DNA of 63,959 nt, the filler included, from Octopus bimaculoides (taxonomy: Eukaryota), in NCBI RefSeq assembly GCF_001194135.2. It is 4 parts of 4 records of this genome, joined end to end, with 100 filler letters (N's around TTAATTAATTAA, not from the genome) between each part and the next. Parts side by side here need not be neighbours in the genome. Positions count along the whole stretch, not along the records: positions 25,241 to 45,749 come from NC_068983.1; positions 45,850 to 61,816 come from NC_068981.1; 2 more parts are not named here. One strand, 5' to 3'. The translations under genes and the position numbers were made by a program. How positions within the stretch are numbered: the first letter of the stretch is position 1; each line of letters begins with the position of its first letter. The notes beneath the pieces are model-generated. The model was given only the letters and a program-made list of their open reading frames with translations. It did no database searches and was not told the origin of the DNA. This document shows positions 37,944-50,064 of this stretch, piece by piece.

Positions 37944-39091
37944 CATTATTATTATTAATATTGTTGTTGTTGTTGTAGCAGTTGTAGTAGAAATTGTAGT
38001 AATAGTTGTTGTTCGCCATTCTTGGCATATTTTGTGTACCTTCAGAAGTGTGTCATAAACACTTACACAATCACACGCACGCACACACACACACACACAC
38101 ACACGAACACACACACACACACACACATACACACACACACACACACGCACACATATCTTGCGCTGTATTTTTCTTTCTCCTTTTGTTCCAATTTTTATGG
38201 TGTTATTGGAAAGCACCGATTTGTGTCTTTGTGAATGAAAGAAACAAAACTTGTTTTTCGAAAATTAAAGCAATTAAAATCTCCACCTCTTTCATTTAGA
38301 AGTCAGCGCATCAAATGTGTTTTTTTATTGTGTAGTTTGAATGAACAATAATAAAGAATTTGACGAAACACGTCGGTTTCCAAATACATGAACAGCAACA
38401 ATGANNNNNNNNNNNNNNNNNNNNNNNNNNNNNNNNNNNNNNNNNNNNNNNNNNNNNNNNNNNNNNNNNNNNNNNNNNNNNNNNNNNNNNNNNNNNNNNN
38501 NNNNNNNNNNNNNNNNNNNNNNNNNNNNNNNNNNNNNNNNNNNNNNNNNNNNNNNNNNNNNNNNNNNNNNNNNNNNNNNNNNNNNNNNNNNNNNNNNNNN
38601 NNNNNNNNNNNNNNNNNNNNNNNNNNNNNNNNNNNNNNNNNNNNNNNNNNNNNNNNNNNNNNNNNNNNNNNNNNNNNNNNNNNNNNNNNNNNNNNNNNNN
38701 NNNNNNNNNNNNNNNNNNNNNNNNNNNNNNNNNNNNNNNNNNNNNNNNNNNNNNNNNNNNNNNNNNNNNNNNNNNNNNNNNNNNNNNNNNNNNNNNNNNN
38801 NNNNNNNNNNNNNNNNNNNNNNNNNNNNNNNNNNNNNNNNNNNNNNNNNNNNNNNNNNNNNNNNNNNNNNNNNNNNNNNNNNNNNNNNNNNNNNNNNNNN
38901 NNNNNNNNNNNNNNNNNNNNNNNNNNNNNNNNNNNNNNNNNNNNNNNNNNNNNNNNNNNNNNNNNNNNNNNNNNNNNNNNNNNNNNNNNNNNNNNNNNNN
39001 NNNNNNNNNNNNNNNNNNNNNNNNNNNNNNNNNNNNNNNNNNNNNNNNNNNNNNNNNNNNNNNNNNNNNNNNNNNNNNNNNNNNNNNNNAT

Positions 39092-39124
<33 letters not shown>

Positions 39125-39239
39125 TCATAACATCAACGACATCACAACCCATTGCTTGATGTAACACCAAGAACATTATCAAACACATAACAATAGTAGC
39201 ACTAACAATCGCCGAATGCAACTGTAACAAGGCTCTTCA

Positions 39240-39600
39240 ACACAACAAACATCAAAATCAACAACCCACAAAGAAAATAGCAAGAACAAGGACATACTAC
39301 AAACATATCAGCAAAAGTAACATCACATCAAACGCAACAACAACAACAACAATAACAAAAGCCACACCAACAACAGCAGCAGCAACAGCAGCAGCAGCAT
39401 CAACAATAACACACGTGAAATACAACGCTAACAGCAACAAAAGCAGCACAGGTCTATCACAACAGTAATATCACACATCAAACACCACAACAGCAACAAT
39501 ATGGCGTACCAATAAAATAATAGCAGCAGAAGCAACAACAACAATAGCAACAACAACAATAGCAACAACAACAATAGCAACAACAACAATAGCAACATCA
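39240..39600 (+). repeat. CAA/CAG-rich low-complexity region with a 15-bp tandem unit
   Basis: AACAACAATAGCAAC repeated about 4 times at ~39535-39598. Confidence 0.8.
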
Positions 39601-39699
39601 GATTATATGTGGAATATTAATGATATCCTTGCTATATATATATGTAACAGTTGAAAGAAGAATGTTGTGTATTTCACGAGACACGCCTGTTTATAGCGC

Positions 39700-40245
39700 G
39701 CGCGCGTGTGTAAGTAAGAGAGAAGGAGAGTGTGAGAGGGAGGGGAGACTGCGAGGGAAAGAGGGAGTGAGAGTGATAGGGAGGGTTGAGGAAGAGAGAG
39801 AACGATTGAAAGACGGTGAAAGAAACGGAGGTAGAGAATGAAAATGGAAGAGTAAGACATGCTAAAAGTACAGAAGCGAGAGAGAGAGAGAGAGAGAGAG
39901 AGGGGGAAAAAGAGTGAGAGAGAGTTGGAGATGTGAAAGAAAGCGTGAGGAATGAGAGAGGGAGAGACAAAAACCAAAAGGAGAAAAGGGGGGGAAAAAC
40001 AGAAAAAGATTAAGAAACAGGAAGGGGAAAAACGAAAGAGGCTGAGAAAGAAAGAGAGAAAGAGAAAGAGAAAGAGAAAGTTAAACAGATAAAGTATATA
40101 AATACAAGCAGGTAGAGAAAGGGAGAGAGGGAAAGAAATAGTGAGAGAGAAAGAGAGAGACAGAAAATGAGGGGCGAAGAAAGAGAGAGGCAGAGAACGA
40201 GACAGATAGCGAGAAACAGAAAGACAGAGAGATACGGAGAGAAAC

Positions 40246-40299
<54 letters not shown>

Positions 40300-40705
40300 G
40301 CAGAGATAGACAGCGACACAGAGAGCCATACGGGCAAAGAAAGGTATACTAGGTGATAAAGTAATAAAACTGGAGGAAGTAAAGGGTAAAATGTAAAATA
40401 GAAGAAAAAGAAGCAAGGAGTAGGTTGAGAAAGGCAGAGAAAATGGTGGCTTAGAAGATACAAGATGGTGGGAGGAAGCAAAAGGGAAAATAAGTGAAGT
40501 GGGAAAGCGTATAGAAGTGGAAGCGGGGGAGAAGTAAAGAGAAAGAAGAAGAGGGGAAGAGAAAGCAGGGTGGAAAACGAAAGTGAAACTGAAAGTGAAA
40601 GAAGAATATAGTGGAAAGGAGGAACAGAAAGACAAAGAGCGAAGAAAAGTGGAGAGAGAAGGAGAAAGAGGGAGAGAGAGAAAAAAAGATGTACGTGCGT
40701 GCGTG

Positions 40706-40736
<31 letters not shown>

Positions 40737-40978
40737 ATAAGAGAGTAAAATGATAGATGATTGAGTATATTATGAAGAGAAGGTAGAAATCATAGAGAGG
40801 CGGAGAACAATGCAGGGGAGATTGAAAGCGTAGAGAGATGTGTAGTAAAAGTAGGTGCGAAAGAAGAAGGTGGTTGAGAAGAGGGGAGTGGTTACAAGCA
40901 AAATGTAGGAGAAAGAGAGGGGTATGAGACGGCCGTGAATGAGAGAGAAGGAACGAGATCACCAAAAGAGAAAGAGAA

Positions 40979-41031
<53 letters not shown>

Positions 41032-41240
41032 ATAAAAGAAACAAATGGAAGTTTGAGTAGAAAAAAGGAAGGGAAGGGTGGGGGTCGAAGTGGAAGTAGG
41101 AGACAAAGCACAGAAAAGAGGGTGGAGAGGCAGAGAAAGAGAGAGAGAGAGAGAGAGAGAGGGAGGAGAGAGAGGACGAAGAGGAGGAGGAGATGCAAAA
41201 TAAGAGGAGGGGAAAAGGACAGGGCGGTTTTAAAATAGAG

Positions 41241-41273
<33 letters not shown>

Positions 41274-41384
41274 GAGGAGTTTGCGAAAGACGGTTGTTTA
41301 AATCGATAGACAAGGAAGAATTGAAGGAGGAAGTAAGAGGATACAACATAGAGAGGGGAGAGAGAGAACCAGAGACAGAGAGAT

Positions 41385-41421
<37 letters not shown>

Positions 41422-41788
41422 AAGAGAGAAAGAGGGGGAGGAACATAGGAAAGAGAGACGTGAAAAAGATATACTGATGGAAATGTTGAGGAAGTGCCGG
41501 AGATTCATTCACTCATTGGAGTGAATGATTAGAAAAGACGAAATAGAAGGTGGTTATATATGTGATAGAGAGAGAGAGAGAAAGAAAGATAGAGAGAGAG
41601 AGAGAGGGGGTAACAGAAAGAGTGGAAGATAGAAAGAAAAAAAACAGAGAAGGTAAGAGAGAGAACGAGAGAGAGAGAGAGAAAGGTAAAAGAGAAGTTG
41701 AGAAGAACTATAGCGGCTGAAAAACGAGAGAGATGGAAAGCTATAGAGAACTCTAATAGATGAAGATGGAGACGGCAGAAATGCAGCC

Positions 41789-41831
<43 letters not shown>

Positions 41832-41965
41832 CAGTAGTAGTAGTAGCAATAGTAGTAGTAGTAGTGGTGGTGGTGGTGGTGGTAGTGGTGGGTAGGTGAT
41901 ATTTGTCCTGATTGTGACTGTTGCGGTAGTGATAATGGTTGTAGTGGAAGCGGTGGTTTTTAACC

Positions 41966-41996
<31 letters not shown>

Positions 41997-42260
41997 GAGG
42001 AGGAGGAGGAGGAGGAGGAGGAGGAGGAGGAGGAGGAGGAGTTGTTGCTGTTGTTGTTGTTGGAGTAGTAGTTATAGGATGAGTTGTGTAGACGATGGTG
42101 ATAAAGAGAGAGGAGTTGATTGAAAAAAAAAAATGAGAAAAAAAATGAGAAGAAAAATGGTTGGGATAAATTAAAGGAAATAGAACGGATGTAGATTGTT
42201 GAGAATCAGGATGAGGAGCGGTTGGAGGAAACAAGAAAAGGGAATAAAGAAAGAGATAGG
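39700..42260 (+). repeat. ~2.5-kb polypurine-biased tract with (GA)n, (TAG)n, (GGA)n
   Basis: The + strand is overwhelmingly A/G throughout. Confidence 0.9.
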
Positions 42261-42684
42261 ATGGGGAGGGAGAAAGAAATAAGAGAAACACATGCACACA
42301 CACAAACAGGCATACACACACACAAACACACACACGCACACACACACACACGCGCAAACACACACGCACGCATAGTTGATAACAGTTTGACTTAAGGTTA
42401 CTGAAAGTTTCGTAAGTGTAGAAAACATCCTTATCATATGTTCGGAGACGTGTTTTTATGCCCACGAAACTGTAAGTAATGCGGGCTGAGTCAAACCCGT
42501 ATTAAATATATATGTGTGTGTGTGTGTGTGTGTATGTGTGTGCGTGTGTGTGTGTATGTGTGTGTGTGTATGTGTGCATGTCCGAGTAAAGTTTTGAGGG
42601 TTAGATACTTTCGTTTCTTTACTCATATGTACAGGATGTTCAGGCTGAATTTGAAGATTATTTTTCAATGTTTATTTACTTCAG

Positions 42685-42747
42685 GAACAGCTTGATGTAT
42701 TGGTGAATGGTCAGCGGCGTTGGAGAGCCAAACGGCAACAGTTGTAG
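42685..42747 (+). CDS. Candidate orphan terminal coding exon (EQLDVLVNGQRRWRAKRQQL*)
   Basis: Strong acceptor TGTTTATTTACTTCAG| followed by a GC-richer stretch. The phase-0 frame reads 20 codons to TAG; the other two frames stop within 8 codons. Confidence 0.25.
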   Translation, partial: EQLDVLVNGQRRWRAKRQQL

Positions 42748-42854
42748 TTGATGAAATACTAATCGGACACAGAATGTGTGTCGTTAGCTAGCTGGAGGAG
42801 ATATCTTCCTGGGGCTATAACCATCAGTAGTACACTTAGCAAAAATATATATAA

Positions 42855-42890
<36 letters not shown>

Positions 42891-43106
42891 ATGCAAACAC
42901 GCACATGCACACACACACACACAGACACATACACACATATTAGCTTAAGGTAGTCGATACATGCAGTAGAATGTTTATTATTAACTCATTTGATACTGAC
43001 TCTAACGGCACTCTAACAAGACGTACTGACTGTAACAGGACTTGGACTGTTACATTCTTCGTTAAATCACCAGAGTTTGATTAACCCCCTGATGACATAT
43101 ATATAT

Positions 43107-43148
<42 letters not shown>

Positions 43149-43772
43149 ATGTATATAAACAAGAAGTAATTCATTTGGTTTGACCTGTCACATGAATACT
43201 AGCACCCATTGCAACGTGGACATTAGAACAAAATATACTCTTTTGTCATCCACAAAATTCAAATACTACAAAGCCCTTCAATAGCAAAAACATAAAAGTT
43301 AGTTACATTTCTAAAGGAAAGCAATGCAATTCACAGCATATATAAATATTAGAAAATACAGATAGAATATGCAGCAATTCGATGGATAAAAGTTTATTAC
43401 TTATTGAAATAACGTCTCTATATTCTTTCATACACCTACAAAAAAATAAATGAATAAATAAATAAAAAAGAAAATTTAAAATCAGACTGAATGAGCTCAA
43501 GCAAAGAACTAAATGCTATCATGTTAAATACTGTTTCAAATTTAGTTCGATCTGCTATTGATTTTGGTAACTCACTGCCGTAATAATAATAATTTCTTAC
43601 ATAAGCACGAAGCCACAAATTTAGGAGGAGGGAACTGACGATTGTATCAGACACAATTCTTGACGACCCACATTATGGTTTTAACTCCGGAAGTATGATC
43701 GTTAATTTGACTTCGGCGGGATTTGAACTGGGGAAATGAAAAGAAGAGGCACTAATAAGATGGCTGTAAAAA

Positions 43773-43856
<84 letters not shown>

Positions 43857-43875
43857 GTGTGCGTGCGCGCGCGTG

Positions 43876-43907
<32 letters not shown>

Positions 43908-43919
43908 TGTGTGTGTGTG

Positions 43920-44150
43920 TGAGTCTGAATCAGTGTTTGTCCTGCAACACCAATTGACAACCGGTGTTGGCATGTTTACGTCCCTGTAACTTAGCTATTT
44001 GACATAAGAAACCGGTAGGATAAATACCAGGCTTTACAAAAAAAAAACAAAAGCAAAAAAAAAGCACTAAGGTCGAGTCATTTGACTAAAACCCTTCAGG
44101 GTAGTTCCCTTGCATGGCCGCAGTCAAATGATTGAACCAAGCAAGTAAAT
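43920..44150 (+). mobile_element. SINE family B 3' half
   Basis: TTGACAACCGGTGTTGGCATGTTTACGTCCCTGTAACTTAGC...GCATGGCCGCAGTCAAATGA. Confidence 0.7.
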
Positions 44151-45144
44151 GATAACAAAGAACTGAACCAGCGACCGAAGTATGGTTATTTTTATTAGTT
44201 ATTCCGGGTAGACAGCGAATGACATTGGGAGAGGCTTAACGCAACGTGAATTGCTTTTAACAACAAGAATTCTATACAAGTAGTAACCTCTCAGGATACA
44301 TCTAAGCACGAAACGTCAGGCATATGACGGCCACGTATAAAATTCATGCTACTTTATAAATGAATATTCATTCATTTTCCCTTTAAACCACAAATGGGAT
44401 AAGAAGAAAAGGGTAGATAACTCTCGAAAGACAATAATGTTGGCGTCGGTGGTAGTTGAAATACTGATCAAAGGCAGAAGATCGACCTAATCTTACAAAA
44501 TAGACATCTTAAATCATTTCCATGTCCATAGTTATATCAGACATTCAACCCATGTGAATATTGGTAACTTAAAAATAACCAATGCAGTCACTACGACCAT
44601 TACCACTATCGTCACACCAGCTAAATCGACCACCACCACNNNNNNNNNNNNNNNNNNNNNNNNNNNNNNNNNNNNNNNNNNNNNNNNNNNNNNNNNNNNN
44701 NNNNNNNNNNNNNNNNNNNNNNNNNNNNNNNNNNNNNNNAATAATAATAATAATTATAACAATAATAATAATCTCAGTACCATAAATTTGCTTGTCAGTT
44801 GCTTGACCTTAACCGCTTAAGCATATCCCTTACTGGCTGAGGATATGTGCATCTCTGATCATGAGCAGAAGTAGTGGGGGAGCATCATAGCCATTTGTTG
44901 AGAGGAATTCTTTGGGGTTTGAATAATTCACCTTTGGAAACATGGGTGTTTAGTTCAACATCCTTAAACAACTCTTATTCAGGGTCCTGAAGAAAATTCT
45001 AACTGGGCTCCACCTGGAAGGTCATGCACTGTTAATCTTGATATGAGATTACCATGTCGTGCTCATATGGCTGTGATGCATGTGCATATGGTTACCCTGA
45101 CTTTTGGGACAGGGGCCTTTTTTTCCAACTACACTAATCCTTTC

Positions 45145-45556
45145 TAATATAGGCACAGAGCCTGAAATTCGGGGGCTAGGGTTTAATTTGATTACATCGA
45201 TCCTAATGTTTCACTGGTACTTAATTTATTGACCTCGAAAGAATGAAAGGTTACATCGACCTAAGGGCTTCAAATTTTGTCGCAAGGACAGCAGTTTTGG
45301 GGGCGGGGATAAGTCGATTACATTGACCTGAGTTACTTTATCGATCACTAACGGATGAAAGGTGAAATCGTCCACGGCGGAATTTCAACTCAAAACGTAG
45401 CGACGGACGAAATAGCACTAAACATTTACTTTATCTATCCCGAACGAATGAAAGGCAAAATCGACCTAGGCAGAGCTTGAACCTAGACCATAGCGACAGG
45501 CAAATTGTTGCTAAGCATTTCCTCCGGCGAGGTTAAGATTCTGTCTGCTTTCGCCT

Positions 45557-45560
<4 letters not shown>
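45145..45560 (-). mobile_element. Degenerate SINE family A cluster
   Basis: Repeated GAAAGAATGAAAGG...TCGACCT cores. Confidence 0.6.
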
Positions 45561-45617
<57 letters not shown>

Positions 45618-45671
45618 GATTATTATTATTATTATTATTATTATGATTATTATTATTATTATTATTATTAC

Positions 45672-45722
<51 letters not shown>

Positions 45723-45864
45723 TATTATTATTATTATTATTATTATTATNNNNNNNNNNNNNNNNNNNNNNNNNNNNNNNNNNNNNNNNNNNNTTAATTA
45801 ATTAANNNNNNNNNNNNNNNNNNNNNNNNNNNNNNNNNNNNNNNNNNNNATATATATAGTTCAG

Positions 45865-46260
45865 AGGTGCAGGCATGGCTGTGTGGTAAGAAGCTTGCTT
45901 TCCAACTGCAAGTTTCCGGGTTCAGTCCCACTGCGTGGCACCTTGGACAGGTGTCTTCTACTATAGTCTCGGGCCGACAAAAGCCTTGTGAGTGGATTTG
46001 GTAGACGGAAACTGAAAAAAAAACAAAACAAAACCGTCGTATATTTATGTCTGTGTGTCTTTGTGCTTGTGTTTGTTTGTGTTTGTCTTTCCAACATCGC
46101 TTGAGAACCAATGTTGGAGTGTTTACGTCACCAAAAAGTGAAGGATCGAATAAGCACTAGGCTTACAAAAAATAAGTTCTAGGGTCGATTTCTTCAACTA
46201 AAACCCTTTAAGGCGGTGCTCTAGCATGGCCGCAGTCAAATGACTGAAATAAGTAACAAT
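45865..46260 (+). mobile_element. SINE family B full copy
   Basis: AGGTGCAGGCATGGCTGTGTGGTAAG...GGGTTCAGTCCC...GCATGGCCGCAGTCAAATGACTGAAATAAGTAA. Confidence 0.85.
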
Positions 46261-46289
46261 AAAATAGAAGAATATATATATATATATAT

Positions 46290-46680
46290 TACTCTTATAC
46301 TTGTTTCAGTCATCTGAGTGCGGCCATGCTGGAGCACCGCCTTTAGTCGAACAAATCAACCCAGGATTTATTCTTTGTAAGCCTAGTACTTATTCTATCG
46401 GTTTCTTTTGCCGAGCCGTTAAGTTACGAGGACGTAAACACACCAGCATCGGGTGTCAAGCGATGGTGGAGAACAAACACGAAAACACACTCACACACAC
46501 ACACACACCTATATATACAACGGACTTCTTTCAGTTTCGGTCTACCAAATCTACTCACAAGACTTTGGACGGTCCGAGGTTATAGTAGAAGACACTCACC
46601 CAAGGTGCCACGCAGTGGAACTGAATCCGGAACCATGCAATTGGGAAGCAAGTTTCTTACCACACAGCCACTCCTGCGCC
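46290..46680 (-). mobile_element. SINE family B full copy (inverted relative to 45865-46260)
   Basis: Reverse complement of the family B consensus, ending CACACAGCCACTCCTGCGCCT. Confidence 0.85.
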
Positions 46681-46699
46681 TATATGCATACATACATAC

Positions 46700-46735
<36 letters not shown>

Positions 46736-46745
46736 NNNNNNNNNN

Positions 46746-46855
46746 AGGCTCGAAACGTAAAAGACTTTCTCACTTTCTCGAGTATCAAACTAATACACAT
46801 GTTTGTTGGTTATACAGATGTCTTCGTCTTTCGTTTTCCTGTAAATTTCAACTAC
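46746..46855 (+). mobile_element. Probable Penelope-like 3' terminus (hammerhead 3' half)
   Basis: GGCTC-GAAA-CG-TA followed by AAAGAC...CTAATACAC...GTCTTCGTCTTT. The 5' half would fall in the adjacent N gap. Confidence 0.35.
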
Positions 46856-46891
46856 ATACATACATACATACATACATACATACATGCATAC

Positions 46892-46949
<58 letters not shown>

Positions 46950-46958
46950 ATATGTAAA

Positions 46959-47252
46959 GCAATTAAGTGGGTAAACAAATTAAGTATATCAAATATAGCA
47001 GCTTGGCTACGAAATACAAAATATGTATATATGTATGCATGCAGAACGAGAGAAAGCGAAAGGTGGAGATTTTCAGACGATAAATATTTATTAATCTAAA
47101 TATATCTATATTTTTATATTCAAGTATTTATCGTCTGAAAGTCTCCACATTTTGCTTTCTCTCGTTTTTCATGTATAAATATATACATATTTTGTATATC
47201 GTACCCAAACTATTATATTTAATATATCTAATTTGTTTATCCGCTTAATTGC
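46959..47252. repeat. Foldback/MITE-like inverted repeat (~128-bp arms)
   Basis: 46959-47086 (GCAATTAAGTGGGTAAAC...TTCAGACGATAAATA) is an imperfect reverse complement of 47125-47252, with a 38-bp spacer. Confidence 0.85.
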
Positions 47253-47434
47253 CTCTATATGCGCTCAACTTGATCTCTCTTATAGCCATTCTTTACCCTG
47301 TGGAATCGGTTCTCTGTAAAGACATGGAAGTCTACGTTTGAATCTTTTGAGCACTACTAAGTGTCTTCCGTACTGAGAATCTCTGAATCTCATCTGTGAA
47401 CTATATACATACATACTTACATACATACATACTT

Positions 47435-47485
<51 letters not shown>

Positions 47486-48082
47486 NNNNNNNNNNNNNNN
47501 NNNNNNNNNNNNNNNNNNNNNNNNNNNNNNNNNNNNNNNNNNNNNNNNNNNNNNNNNNNNNNNNNNNNNNNNNNNNNNNNNNNNNNNNNNNNNNNNNNNN
47601 NNNNNNNNNNNNNNNNNNNNNNNNNNNNNNNNNNNNNNNNNNNNNNNNNNNNNNNNNNNNNNNNNNNNNNNNNNNNNNNNNNNNNNNNNNNNNNNNNNNN
47701 NNNNNNNNNNNNNNNNNNNNNNNNNNNNNNNNNNNNNNNNNNNNNNNNNNNNNNNNNNNNNNNNNNNNNNNNNNNNNNNNNNNNNNNNNNNNNNNNNNNN
47801 NNNNNNNNNNNNNNNNNNNNNNNNNNNNNNNNNNNNNNNNNNNNNNNNNNNNNNNNNNNNNNNNNNNNNNNNNNNNNNNNNNNNNNNNNNNNNNNNNNNN
47901 NNNNNNNNNNNNNNNNNNNNNNNNNNNNNNNNNNNNNNNNNNNNNNNNNNNNNNNNNNNNNNNNNNNNNNNNNNNNNNNNNNNNNNNNNNNNNNNNNNNN
48001 NNNNNNNNNNNNNNNNNNNNNNNNNNNNNNNNNNNNNNNNNNNNNNNNNNNNNNNNNNNNNNNNNNNNNNNNNNNNNNNNNA

Positions 48083-48912
48083 TAGAAGGGTTGGAAAAAA
48101 TAATGGAAACACCTTAAACTTTCAAACATATTTATTTTAATATAGGGTAGGATCCTCCTCCATGTGTAGCAGTTGGAAGAGGCAGTCTGGATCAAATGCT
48201 TCTTGTGGCTGTCTCCACACGTATACTCGGCCAGTGGTCGGAAATAAGGTAAAGGATGACTCGTCCGAGAAAATAATATTCTTCCACTACTCTAGGGACC
48301 AATTCTGTTGGTTTTTATTCCACTCTAAACACTTTGCAACGATTGTTTTTGAAAGTAGTGGCTTACTGATTGCGGCTCTCACGTGAAATCCTGCTCTGTG
48401 CAGCTCCCGGCGAACAGTTTTTGTGGAAATTGGGTTCTCGAGGTGGTCATTAAGTTCTGAAGTAATTTTGGGAGCTGTACTTTTGTGATCCTTTCTAACA
48501 ATTCGCGTAAGAGTCCGACGGTCCATATCTGAAAGTTTTGGTTTTCTTCCGGAGTTTTGTTTCGACGAGGAGTTTTTTTCCCTCTTTCTCAAAGGCTATC
48601 ATTACTTTCGAGACAGTACTTCTTGATACACCAAACATTTTGGCTGTTTTCGTTACGCTAGCGCCTGCCATACGAGCACCAACAATTTGATCTCATTGAA
48701 AGTCCGATAGATCTGTCATTTTAATGAATTCTAATTACCTTTTCCTGATGATATCTGAAAAGAAAAGCAACAATTTTAGCAAAACATATTAAGCAACACT
48801 AATAATAAATAAAAAAACATAAAAATAAACAAGCTTTTGATGGTTTCATAGATATTTCAAAATTATGATGCTATGATGCTTGGTGTTTCCATTATCTTGT
48901 CCAACCCCTGTA
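48083..48912 (-). mobile_element. Internally deleted Tc1 element
   Basis: TIRs TA(C/G)A(G/A)GGGTTGGA(C/A)AA(G/A)ATAATGGAAACACC. The ORF from ATG 48719 reads MTDLSDFQ*DQIVGARMAG...GRKPKLS...TVRRELHRAGF...WKNIIFSDESSF and is truncated after the first catalytic D. Confidence 0.9.
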
Positions 48913-49319
48913 TATATATTAATTCATAGCTTGCCTATTCTTATAATATATACGCTAGCTGTCGTGAGGGGATTTAAAATTGACTAATCTTGGATGTATA
49001 CGTGCAAATATTTGTATGTAGACGTGTGAACTTGCTTTGTGCGGTATGTACGATTATTTGGACTTATATTCCCCGTGTACTGTGTTGATGAAGGAAGAAA
49101 GCGTATTTTGGGCTTTAAACCAGAAATTGGAAGCAATTCACAATTAACGTGAAGTCATTTTAATATTCTTTCACTAGAGATAGGTCGTTTTCGCTCTTGC
49201 TCCCTTAATATAATTATATATTTATTTATTTATGTGTTTCAGCCAAGTGGCTGCGGTCATGCTGATGTAAGATACATATATACACACAATTGTAACAGCC
49301 CGAAATGGTCATGACATCT

Positions 49320-49401
49320 GGGACTTGACTGATGAAAGAAAGCCAAGAATGACCCGTCTTTCCGAACGTTTTAATGCCATCTATTGCGTTTTTGCTCCAT
49401 T

Positions 49402-49435
<34 letters not shown>

Positions 49436-49987
49436 TTACTTTGCTTTACCTACCTTTTACCAACTCACCTTTTCTTACCCTTCTAACCAATTTCTCTCAC
49501 TCATCTACCACATTACAACAAGTTTATTTTTTACTATATCCAACAGGTTTGTACAAAGAATTTCCCAAAATGCATCACCTTACCTTAGTGACGTTTACTA
49601 TTACTCTGTTACACANNNNNNNNNNNNNNNNNNNNNNNNNNNNNNNNNNNNNNNNNNNNNNNNNNNNNNNNNNNNNNNNNNNNNNNNNNNNNNNNNNNNN
49701 NNNNNNNNNNNNNNNNNNNNNNNNNNNNNNNNNNNNNNNNNNNNNNNNNNNNNNNNNNNNNNNNNNNNNNNNNNNNNNNNNNNNNNNNNNNNNNNNNNNN
49801 NNNNNNNNNNNNNNNNNNNNNNNNNNNNNNNNNNNNNNNNNNNNNNNNNNNNNNNNNNNNNNNNNNNNNNNNNNNNNNNNNNNNNNNNNNNNNNNNNNNN
49901 NNNNNNNNNNNNNNNNNATATATATACCCTGTCAGTCAGTCAATCTGTCTGCCTGTGTGTCTGTCTGTTTGTGTGTCTGTCTCTCTG

Positions 49988-50064
<77 letters not shown>

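Noticed and set aside
39603-42465. Long ORFs (292, 341, 303 aa) rich in L/S/F or R/E
   Set aside because: Translations of GA/CT low-complexity DNA with no domain signatures.
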